This document shows positions 12,226 to 22,600 of a stretch of 54,478 nt of DNA, piece after piece. Within the stretch, counting starts at the first letter, position 1. Every line of letters starts with the position of its first letter. This DNA comes from Chromera velia (lineage: Eukaryota): positions 1 through 54,478 of the forward strand of contig JAHBMJ010000172.1 in the NCBI GenBank assembly GCA_018398765.1, in the 5' to 3' direction. Under the pieces are notes generated by a model. That model did no database searches, was not told the origin of the DNA, and was given only the letters and a program-made list of their open reading frames with translations. The translations under genes and the position numbers were made by a program.

Positions 12226-13920
12226 GAAAAGAAAAAAAGAAAAAGAGAGAACGGGAGAACGAACGAACGAACGAAAGAAAGAAAGAAAGAAGGAACGAGC
12301 GAACGAACGAAAGAAAGAAAGAAGAGGGACAGAAAGACTACATGTTTCTTCTTCTCCCTTCTTTTCGAAAGACAGACAGACGGGCAGACTGTATGTTTCT
12401 TCTTCTCCCTCAGACAGACTGACTGACTGACTGACAAAAAAAAAAATCAAGGAAGAAAGGAAGGAAGAAAAAAAGCAAAGAGCCCACAAGAAGAAGACAC
12501 CCACCTCCACGACCCATTTGTTCACTGCCGGACAGTCCAGAAGGCTCTTGAAGTTAGGGTGCTGAGAGAGCATATCCGCAAACGCCCACATGCAGATGCA
12601 CCAGGGGCCTGCAGAAGGCAGAAAAAAGAAGAGAAAAAAAAGAACACACATACGCGGTATAGAAAGATGGGATGGAGTCAAAAGTTCCCCTCCCTTTGAG
12701 ATATGCAACCGTGTAAAATAATTTGCACGCGCTAGCTTGTGTGTGAAAGATCAGAAATCATGTTCCTACTGGAAACAAGACCGCACGTACATTCGCGAGG
12801 TGACAAGAAGTAAGGATGCACAGGCGCAAACCAGGGTGACTCGCCCCATCGGAAATTACCCGAGGCGCCTATTGCATCATCTATCAAAAAAACAGGCAAA
12901 TAGACCTACCAGGTTTCGGAAAGCTTTGTTGGGCGTCGGCCTTGTCGCTGGCTTGTCCTGCAGAAGAGGCACAAATTTTTATTTCACTGACTTGCGAACA
13001 GTCAAGGCCGTCGACCCGTACGCTTCCATCAAAGAAATTGTGTAAAGTCAAATACCAGTGCAAGCTTTCTTCTCCTTACCCCTCATTTCGTCCTCGATCC
13101 AGATTCGCAGAGGGCCTCTGCACTCCCTTCAGGCAGTCCGTCCATGGTCCAACCAAGGACCTCCACATATATAAATTTTGCTCCACTTATTATGGACTGA
13201 AATTCCACGTCTGTCATGGGTCAATCAGATCGGAAGAAATTGTGAACGTTTGCAAAACCAAATGCCTTCAATACAATCGCGAATATTGTCCGACAAATAT
13301 CGCACTGACCGGTCTCCGTCCAGAAGTTCGACCATGCAGGATCCTTCTCGCTGTCCTGTTGACCGGCGGGAAGGTCCACGCAGACGTAATGGGATCCGGC
13401 TGCACAGACAAACAGAGACAGGCGTTCATTGGTGTACAAAAATCGGGAACAGGCATAGAGGACCAAGTGCAGACTGATTACAGCACGTTGTTTTGAAACC
13501 GTTCACACTGTTGTCGTGCAGGCAGATGTGTGCAGCGGCAAAACAGGTTCAACACCGGCCATGCACTTGCCCATGTGGGCGGGTGGATATGTTGAGTCAC
13601 GAGGCTTCGCATCAGTGATGGATGATCCGGGCACTGACCGTCTGGTGCATTGGACGTGCACTGGTTGTTCCTCTCGTATCCGGTCGCAGCAAAATTGGGG
13701 TTGGGATCATGGGCCTTTGAGCGATCACAAACCTGAAGAACAGACAACCATGCATACAAACAAGAGGTTTGATTTAGCTCGGCCGCATTTTCGCTGTCAT
13801 TCACGGAGGCAGCAGTTGACTTACGCCCAGAGGTTGCCCCAAGACATTTTCCCACTTAGCAGCTCTCACCACTGGAGCGACCAGGAAAAGGAAAAGAACA
13901 GACAGCGAAAGGCTGCGCAT
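9533..13920 (-). CDS. Secreted DUF2237-like Cys-rich protein (about 195 aa, 6 core exons)
   Basis: Exons 13825-13920, 13639-13732, 13310-13399, 12910-12957, 12505-12608 and 9533-9688 splice in frame: MRSLSLSVLFLFLVAPVVRA (signal peptide), then ENVLGQPLGVC...ATGYERNNQCTSNAPDAGSHYVCV...NFWTETGQ...KPGPWCICMWAFA...CKEAKSKC. This matches the DUF2237 pattern NVLGxPLxxC / TGFxRxGxC / DxGSHxVC / PGxxWCxC. Confidence 0.85.
9740..11520. repeat. Five tandem 354-bp units, nearly identical, inside the last intron of the DUF2237-like gene
   Basis: Period 354 (equivalent positions 9765, 10119, 10473, 10827, 11181). Only one substitution seen outside the (AG)n tracts (gtacttcAat versus gtacttcCat). Confidence 0.97.
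11702..11730. other. Assembly gap (N run) between (CA)n and (GAAA)n tracts
   Basis: 29 N characters. Confidence 0.99.
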
Positions 13921-14272
13921 ATTTCCTGTCCACTGTATGGTTCAAATCCTCGAAGATTCAGGGAGGCCGTCACTGGGTGGGCTACGGCATACGATCACTA
14001 AACGATCAAACCACTGACAGCAGGTCAATGGTCCGATGGCCCTGTGCGGTATTGTACGGTCCACACTGTGCAAACACGCTATACAGCATTATACAGCTGT
14101 ATATAGCTTTCCAAAGCTTTCCACGTATTTCGACGACGGTTCGATGAGCAATGGGACGTTCATGCAGCAGTATTGCAGCAGTGCAATAGCAGTGCATGCA
14201 TGGGAACTGCGAGCTTTGAATGGCCCCGGAAAGCGTAGTACGCTTCGTGCATGGGGCACTTTGAGCATGCAA

Positions 14273-14500
14273 GGGGGCTCGTACAAAATACCTTATGCAA
14301 CGGCGTTGCATAAGAGGGCTATAGAGGGCTGGAGGGGGGGGGTGGGTCTTATGAGGAGGTGGTCCCTGTGGGCGCCGCCGCATTCTAGCATGCAATACAT
14401 ACGCGCCGCCACCTTATGCATAAATTGATGGCTTTGGGGGGGGGGGGGTTATGGCACCATTATGCAACACCGTTGCATAAAGTATTTTGTATGAGTCCCC
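14273..14500. mobile_element. 228-bp MITE, PIF/Harbinger (Tourist)-like
   Basis: 41-bp TIRs at 14273-14313 (GGGGGCTCGTACAAAATACCTTATGCAACGGCGTTGCATAA) and 14460-14500, with 4 mismatches. 3-bp TSD CAA at 14270-72 and 14501-03. GGG termini. Confidence 0.8.
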
Positions 14501-14554
14501 CAATGTGTATGTAGATCAGATGTCTCAATTAATTTTAAGACTAGCCTGGACTAT

Positions 14555-15110
14555 CAAAAAAGTGAGTCGGTGAAGATCACTAGGCCCGTCAAATATCCCT
14601 GGCCTGTTAAAAAATTTTTTGAGGGTTCGTGGATACATAGTACATAGTATGTCCCAGCATACCGGCCGTTAGTCCCGTCAAAATAGCGTGTACATGGCCT
14701 GTCAAAATAGCCTGGCGCAGGCTGGTTAGTAAGCTCGGCTGGCAGGCTCGCCAAAAATCCCTGGCCTGTCAAACATTTATAGCCTGTTAAATGTCCCCAG
14801 CCAGATAATTTCAATTCCAAGGCACTCACCTTTTTCACGGGCGCGAGTCATATGGCGCGGCGCGCGCAAGGCACTCACCCCGGGGGAGTCACCCGGCCGT
14901 AGCGTTTGGTTAATTTTTCGCTTGCGGGACCATTTTTGACGGTAGTCTTTCCGGGGCCGGTCGCGCGTGGTTGGGGCGCGATGCGCGTAGACGGAGCGCT
15001 TTTTTCGCTTGCGGGACCATTTTAGGCGGTGGCTTTCCGGGGCCCCCGCGCCCCCCCGCGCGTGTGTCTAAAAAAACGCATGCAGGCGCGTGTGGCTAAA
15101 AAAAAAAGGC
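14555..15110. repeat. Cluster of short repeats; probable DNA-transposon subterminal remnant
   Basis: About 6 copies of GGCC(T/C)GT(C/T)AAA at 14583-14790, bracketed by imperfect inverted AAAAA(A/G)GTGAGT. A ~45-bp direct repeat TTTTTCGCTTGCGGGACCATTTT... occurs at about 14914 and 15001. Confidence 0.55.
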
Positions 15111-15602
15111 TCGCCGTATTAAGTATAGTTGATGCCTCCAGAGTCGACCATGAGTCGATCGAGCTATATAGACCCCGAGTTTGAAAAAAATATTAGCAAC
15201 CGTACACGCAGCAACTTGCCAGAAAGAAGTCATTTGGCTTGAGCACGATCACGTCGACGGCATCGAAGCGATGTGACGCTGCCAGTGACGGCGTCAGGGG
15301 GTAGCATGCAAGGGACTCGATCCACTGGATCCGAGGCACATCGACGAGGTGGAAACTTGATATATAAACCGCCGCCCCCCGCGGACACTGCAACGAGAAG
15401 ACAGTCATCCAGCTTCCTCATGCTGACAGCCGCCAGAAGCTGCCATCGATCTCAGACCTTGAACCGGCTTGGCGAACCTCGATTTCACTTTTTGAAGGAG
15501 AAGAGGGCAGGATCGTCTTTCAGGGAGACGGCAAGGTCCAAAAGTCATCTCCTTTGGGGGCCGAATTCGGTGCGCAGTGCCGCCTCTGCCAGCCGGGCAA
15601 GC

Positions 15603-18081
15603 ATGCCCTCCTTCCACTCCGTGAATGTGCCGGAGCAATGTTCCCTGCACGATACACCGCCAGGGTGGAAATGGTGGGAACGCCTGGGGTCTCCCCGTCT
15701 TGTCCTGTCCCCAATGGTGGACCAGTCAGACCGCGCGTTCCGTCTACTTTGCAGAAGACAAGGAGCACAACTTGCATACACACCCATGTCAGTCAGCGGT
15801 CTAATTGGTGGGTCGGCTCAAACGGCAAGCTGGTCACACTTCAGAATTTGCAGCAAAAACCGCCGCTAATATACACGGGCAGTTGAAGGATAACCGAGGG
15901 GAAGTAGTTTCATCATCCTCTCCAGACAGAGGGTCAGGGTGTGACATTGCTGCCTGTCTTGTAAGAAAGTTTCTGCGTTTTTGTGTTCCTGCAGGTATAG
16001 GGCATGTGAGGTCACCTCTGCCGGGTTTTTCACCGACGTGTTTGATGGCGGCCTTCCTGAGGACTCTCCTCTCATCGCGCAGATAGCGGGTGATGACCCG
16101 GCAGAGATGGCAGTCGCAGCGCGTTGTCTTGAAGAGACCGGACACGTGTGTGCAGTGGATGTGAACCTGGGATGTCCGACCTTCGAAGCGAGGCGGTTCA
16201 ACTTCGGGGCCTTCCTTCTGGAGGATTCCGATCGGGCGAGCGCAGTCGTGGCAGCGGTCCGAGACGCTGTTTCGATTCCTGTTACTGCAAAAATCCGGTT
16301 TCTCGGAGACATGAGGGGTGATTGGGAGGCGTCTGTGGAGCGCACAATTTTGATGAGTAGACGGTTGGTGGAGACGGGTGTGTCTGCTCTGACGGTGCAC
16401 GGTCGCGATCGTTCGATGAGGAAGGAGGCCTTGGGGGGGGCTTGTTGGGAAGCAATCGGGAGAGTGGCAGAGGCAGTGGGTGGGCTTGTGCCTGTGATTG
16501 CGAATGGGGGTGTGGAGACCTCAGAGGACATTGGGAAGTGTCTGGCAGAGACTGGGTGTCCCGCAGTGATGACTGCCGAGGGGGCGCTAGAGAATCCGAA
16601 AATTTTTGTTGGTACGATGCGGGAGCAGAAAGTCAAAGAGAAGGGCTCACGAGTGAGTGAGAAAGCAGGGTCGGGAGAGTTCTTGCAGAGAGTGTCGCTG
16701 TGCAAAGACCTCTGTGACATCTACGAACAGTTCCCTCCAGTTGAGAAAAAATACTGGCCCCTCAAGCCCCATCTGTTCAAGATGCTTCACAGGTCTGTCC
16801 AACCAAACTCTCTGTATACATCAATGCGTCAAAATAGTAGGACCGGCCGCTCGAGCTCTTTTTTGTTTTTTACATTGTTGGTGGATAGGGAAGCCAGGGT
16901 GCTACTTCATCGCATAAAAAAAAGGAGTTGCCTCCCTCGTTCGTCAACTCTTCCACACACGTAGTTGAGCCAAAGGGCGAAAAACCTCCCTCTCGTCTAG
17001 CCGCACTGCTCAACGGGTCACGGAGTCAGTGAAAGCATTCAATTAGTCGCTCCATCAGTCAGCCGGTGGGTGCTCAACCAATTAAATAGTCAATCAACCA
17101 ATCAGTCAGTCTCAATACCGGGTTCACTTTCTCTTTCCCTTTCTCTTCCTCTTTCCCTTCCTGCTGCGTGTATGACCCTGTGTTGAATGTGGACTCCTCC
17201 ATGACTTCTGTTCCAGGTGGGTGAGTGCCTCGGTGCGTCCCGAGTTGTTCTCCCGACTCCAACACATTCGTCATGACGACCTGCACGCAATTCGAGATAA
17301 TGGCTTCCTGCTGTCTCTCTGTGAGGAGGTCAGACAGGAAGCAGAGGCTGAGGGGGGGGGAGATTGGAGGATTCGCCCTTCCGTTGAAGTTGTGGGTCCC
17401 TTGGGAGGGGAGATAGACAGTGGAGATGGGATTCAGAATGAAAGGTTGAGGGAGACAGCAGTGCAGGGGGGAGAGAACGGGGCCTTGGGGGAGAGGTATG
17501 AAAGGGGTCTGGCTGAGGAGTCTTTTCGTTCCAGCGCTTCTAATTTTCCTGTGCGCGGAGGTGTCTCGTGGTACAGACGGTGGAGGTCACCAGAGTCAAA
17601 CGCTGGGGCTTGGAGTGGGAACCAGAAAGGCAGCGAGGCAGAAAGAGATGGAGTTTCTTCCTCTTCCAGTAAGCAAATTGCGGTTTCATCAAAGTTTTGT
17701 GGTGGTCTTCGAGAGAGTAGTGACGAGAGAGGCACTCAGTACGATGACAGTCTGACTGCTGTCGGAAAAGGACCCTCTTCCGATTGGGACTCAATTAATC
17801 TGAAGCAGACAGAATGCAATGCAGTCTCACTCTCTGTGTCCTTGAAGGAGTTTGACTTGAGGGAGACCCTGCCTAAACGGAGGATGAGTGAGTTTCAACT
17901 TGATGTGCTGGCGAGGCGATTGAGACGACAGGATTCCGTGAAAGAGAAAGAATTTAATTGGTCTGAGGGAAAGAGTCGCTCAAATTTGAAAACGGCAACA
18001 AAATTAAAGCTCCCAGATGGTAGACGTCCTGTGTCGGCTAGCGAAGAGGAAGTAAAAAAGGTCAAAAAGCTGTTTCAGTGA
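15603..18081 (+). CDS. DUS1: tRNA-dihydrouridine synthase, DUS1-like (3 exons)
   Basis: Exons 15603-15787, 15995-16792 and 17217-18081. Motifs [58 protein letters not shown] and HLFKMLH. The start could lie upstream at about 15420. Confidence 0.92.
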
Positions 18082-19625
18082 GAGCATTTTTAAACCAGTT
18101 TTTAAAGTAATTTCCACCATAATTTTACGTTTTTTGAAGATGATAAAAAAATAATTTTATATCAGAAAATTTAGCAGAATTAAAGCCTCAATGAATTTTA
18201 ATTATACCGGCGGCTGGCCAGAGCCTAAGTGGTGGCTCACCGGCTTTAACCGCCTCAATTCAATTCAATTCAAACATATAAAACAATAGATAAAACCTAT
18301 ACTGGAACGTATAGGACAACACATATCATAATCGTCGTAATTAAATTTTTCTTATAGAATCTTCTAAATTTAACCTTAGATTTCACCTCGTATATTAGCT
18401 TACATCTCAAAACTACTAGCAAAACTATGACGAACTTTAAACTTTCGTATTATTATCAGTATTTTTCTGAGCGGTTATCATCCCGGGTTATGCACTAGCT
18501 TAGACAGTACATAATACTAAATAATTATCAATAAGTTAAATCAACACTGAACAATTGAACGGTGCGAGAAGTACCAGGAGGCTTTGGCAGGAGCAGAACT
18601 AGAGCTTATTCCACTGTTTTTAATTGAATGCATTTATCTAGGCATTTATGTGATTAAATGCGGAAATTCATATGCATATTGCTATCTAGATTACCAGCTT
18701 ACCGCAGGAGTGTTACTTTCCCCATCTGAGTCCCCCTCCTTACCAACAACCAGCCAGCCAAATTCTGAGCCAATGAATCGCCAGCAAAAGAAGCAGCTAC
18801 TGACCCGACCACACACGGAAAGAAGAAGGGAGAGGTGTAAAGAACAAGAAGGAAAGAGAAGGAAGAAAGACAATCCTTCCCGTGAGGCCCTGAAGGTTCC
18901 AAGCGTCTCTGTAATATGAGTCTGTATGCATGCAAAGAATCCTTTTGAACCGTGCTTCCTACCAGTGACTCCAAACAAAATTGACCCTCTCTTTTCTGTT
19001 CCTCCCCTACTTTGTATCTTGCTCCGCTTCGTCCTTTCATTCCTTCTTTGATCTTTCCCAGCCCCCCTCTCTGTTTGCTTTCCACTGCACGCGCCACCCA
19101 GCTGCCACCGACTGGAGAGGTTGAATGGGACATAGTCACAAGGAACACAGAGAAGAAAGTGGGGGGAAAGATATAAAGAAACAGCGGACAGAGAGGATGC
19201 CCGTCACCACTCACTCCCCTGCTTTCCTGGAGACATACTGTCGACATACCCGGGCAAAACCTTCGAAGTGCAGATGCAGCACTCAGGATTGACTGACGGG
19301 ATTTTCGTTCTGTTGGCTGTTTGGAAGAGACAGGGAAAAGACCCTCAAGGCAATCACCCCCTTGGCTTCGACCTTGATCCATCGATGGATCGGGCAGTGT
19401 ACTTGTTTTCTGGTTCTCTTCATTTATGCATTTCTGGTTATCTTATTTGTTCCTCTGTCGATTCGCTTGTCACTTTCGTTCTGCTTCTTCCTCTTCTTCG
19501 TTTCCTTTGACACACGCACGGAGAGAAGTAAGTACAAACATCAGCAGCCCCTCCCCCCACCTCCCCCCCCACACGCACTGAAACGACGAACAGATGAACC
19601 CTTTGGGCATTTCTCCCTCTCTTCT

Positions 19626-22600
19626 CTACTCACCCTTTCCCTTCTGCTTTCCCTTCGCCATTGCGCGCGTTCTCACCCCAGAGGAGGTGGCGCCGGAGGA
19701 CCCAGGGGAGGGCCCACTGCCGCCGCCCTGCCCCCCGCCTCCCTCGACGTCCTCATCGTCGTCCTCATCCTTCTCGTCACGCTTCTTGGGGGCGGAGGAC
19801 CTGCCGGACGCCTCTGCACACACGTTGACAACACACATGGACAAGAAAAACGACACAGTGAGAAACATTATAGTACAAAAACAGCGGAAGCGCAAGCAGC
19901 ACGGAGGGAGAGGGACGATGAAGGCGGGAAAAGTCGTGTCTAGTTGAAGATGTCTTCCTGCTGGCAGCTTGTGTAGAAGGAAGGTTCGCTTAGAGCGCAC
20001 TTTTGGCGGGAAGGACAACTAAAGGGGAACAGTGAAAGTAAAGAGCGGCAAAGCTGAAAGGACTTCGTGAGAGGGGGGATGTGCATGCATGCAAGGCTTG
20101 AAGGGCAACGAGGAAGGGAGGGACAGAAGCAAGAGAGAGACGAAGGACAGATGGCTGATTATTGAATTCTGGACAGTTCCAATCTTCATTCAGGATTCTT
20201 TCTGCATGCAGGGGTCTGTCTCGCTGTCGAAAGAGAAATTGCAGACACTGAAAGACCAGAAGCAAAACAAGCAAGAAGATATCCTGGACTCGAAAGGATG
20301 GACAGAAAAAGGAACATAAAGGTTTTTGGTTTCTGTCTCCCTTCTCACCAACCGTCTCCATCGCGTCCTCGCTTCTTTCCCTTCCCTCCTTCTCCTCCCG
20401 CTGCAGCAGCAGCAGCGGCGGCGGCTTCGGCTTCCTCCTTCTCTTTCTCTTGCAGCTCTTGCAGCCTCGCAGAGCTGCGGGGGGGGGTTGGGAACCCCGA
20501 GCTCGAGCGGCTGAAGGAGCGAGGGCTGTCTCCTGAGAGGCCTTTCGTCTTCTTTTTTTTCACAACTCCCCCTTTTCCCTTCCCCCCCCCCTTTGCTCCA
20601 GCCAGACCCTTCTCCTTCTTGTTCTTCAATGTTTCCTTCTTCCCCTTCTTTCTCTCTCCCTCCCTCGTCCCATCGTCCTCCTTGCCGGGGTTTTCATCCT
20701 CACCCTCTTCCTCTCTGCGTCCCTTCTTCTCTCCCTCTTCCTTCTTCACTTGAGTGAGGTTCTCCCGGGAGGACCCAGAGAACAGAAAGCTCCCGACTCT
20801 CCCGAACCCAGAGAAAATCCCCGAGAATCCTCCTGGAGGCGCCGAGACGCGACTTGAAGGGAGTCCCCCCACACGGCCACCCGAATCCCTCCCCGACTGC
20901 ACGTCCCCGTGACCTCCGCCTGGCAGGTCGAGCTCGGCCGGCCCGACGAGGGGGGGACGAGGGGCCACAATCGCCGCAACCCCGCCTTCGCCGGGAGCTC
21001 TCCCGCCAGGGGCAGAAGAGGACGGAGGGGACCGAGAGGCCGGAGAACGGTCGCGACGGGGAGAGGCTGCCGACATTAAGAGAGAAGAGAAAGAGAAGGG
21101 GTTGATAGAAGAAAGACCTAGTAGCACCCACGCAAGAAGAGAGGGAGCAAAACTTCTCTATGGCTCTCGAAGGAACGGCATAAATCGATCGCTGTGATGG
21201 TGTTCACAGGTCACTTCAGTACCACGCATGCGGGCACGCCAACAGAGACGGAAGGGAACTGAGGGATAGAGAAGAGACGGGAGGGGCAGTGTTTCCGGAC
21301 AATCTGATGCACACAGAAAGGCGCGATGAAGCGGCACATTACGGAGAAGAGGGGTGGATTGAACCATGGAGCACCTTCGGAAAAGAGACAAAAGAAGAGT
21401 ACCGAAAGGCTTATCGTTTCCAGTCATGTGAGTAGTCAAAGACAGGTGACCGACCCTTCTGCAACTTTGCCATCTTCTTCTTGGTCTCTTCAAGTTCTTT
21501 CTCTGCCCTCTCGCGTCTCTGCTTCTCTTGTTCCTCTGCAGATTGCCGACATTCAGTGCAGACGGAATCAAAGGCTCCCTCCAAGAACACCTTTCATATC
21601 ATATCGATGTGGTGAAGGACGCCTCCCTCATCAACCCACGCAGGGGCAAACCACTTTCTCATACATGTGCAACTCAAGGGTCAGACACTGAAGGTCAAAT
21701 GAGTGAAGAACTACAGGTGGCAAAGCTACTCGAAAGAAAGCTGGGGAAGGATAAACAAACAAATTGCATGACCAACTGAAAGAAAAAGAAAACGGAAAAC
21801 GCAGAGAGACACAAGCAAAAAAACGAAGAAAATGAGGAAATAAATCCACCTGCTGATGGAGTGACTGACTTGACTGACGAAGCCTCTCGAGTTCCGTTTC
21901 GAGATCTGTCTTCTCACTTTCTGCCTTTTCTCTTTTCTTCTTCTCCGTCTCCTTCCCACCCCGCTCTCCGTCCCTCTCCGTCTCCGCTTTCTTTTTCTCT
22001 GTTTCCATTTGGGCCTTCTCCCTCTCCAACTTTGAGATGGTCTCCCGGTGCTCGTTGATGGTTTGGTTGCGCGCTTGGACAAGAGTCTCCTTCTCTCTCT
22101 CCAACTTTGAGATGGTCTCCCGGTGCTCGTTGCTGGTTCGGTTGCGCGCTTCGACAAGACTCTCCTTCTCTCCCTCCAGCTTTCTGATGGTCTCCCGGGA
22201 CTGGTTGATGGTCTGATTGCGCTCCGCGAGGAGACCCTCCAACGACTCTCTCTGTTTTGTCAGAGCCTCCACAGACCGGGCGCGCTCGTCCCTCTGAGTC
22301 TCAGCAGTCTTCTTCTGCTCCTCCAGCTCGTCAACTCTCCCCTCCAGCTCCGCTTTTGACTTGGCAAGGTTCTCGCGCTCCGTTGTGAGCTCTTTGTGCT
22401 CCGCTGTGAGCTTCTCGTGCTCCGTTGTGAGCTCTCCGTGCGCAGAGGTGAGGTCGTTGTAGTGCTTCTGTGCTGTCTCTCTTGCGGTCTGCATCTGAGT
22501 GCGCTCAGCCTTGAGCTCAGCCTCGAGCGCCTGGACTGCATACAGGAAGTTAGGGGGGTGGATGGAATGAGGGGGGAGATGAAAACATAAGAGGAAGAGA

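Noticed and set aside
13080..13127. Extra AG/GT-bounded exon in the DUF2237-like gene
   Set aside because: Direct splicing 13310 to 12957 already gives the conserved-looking TGQ motif, and no homology supports inclusion.
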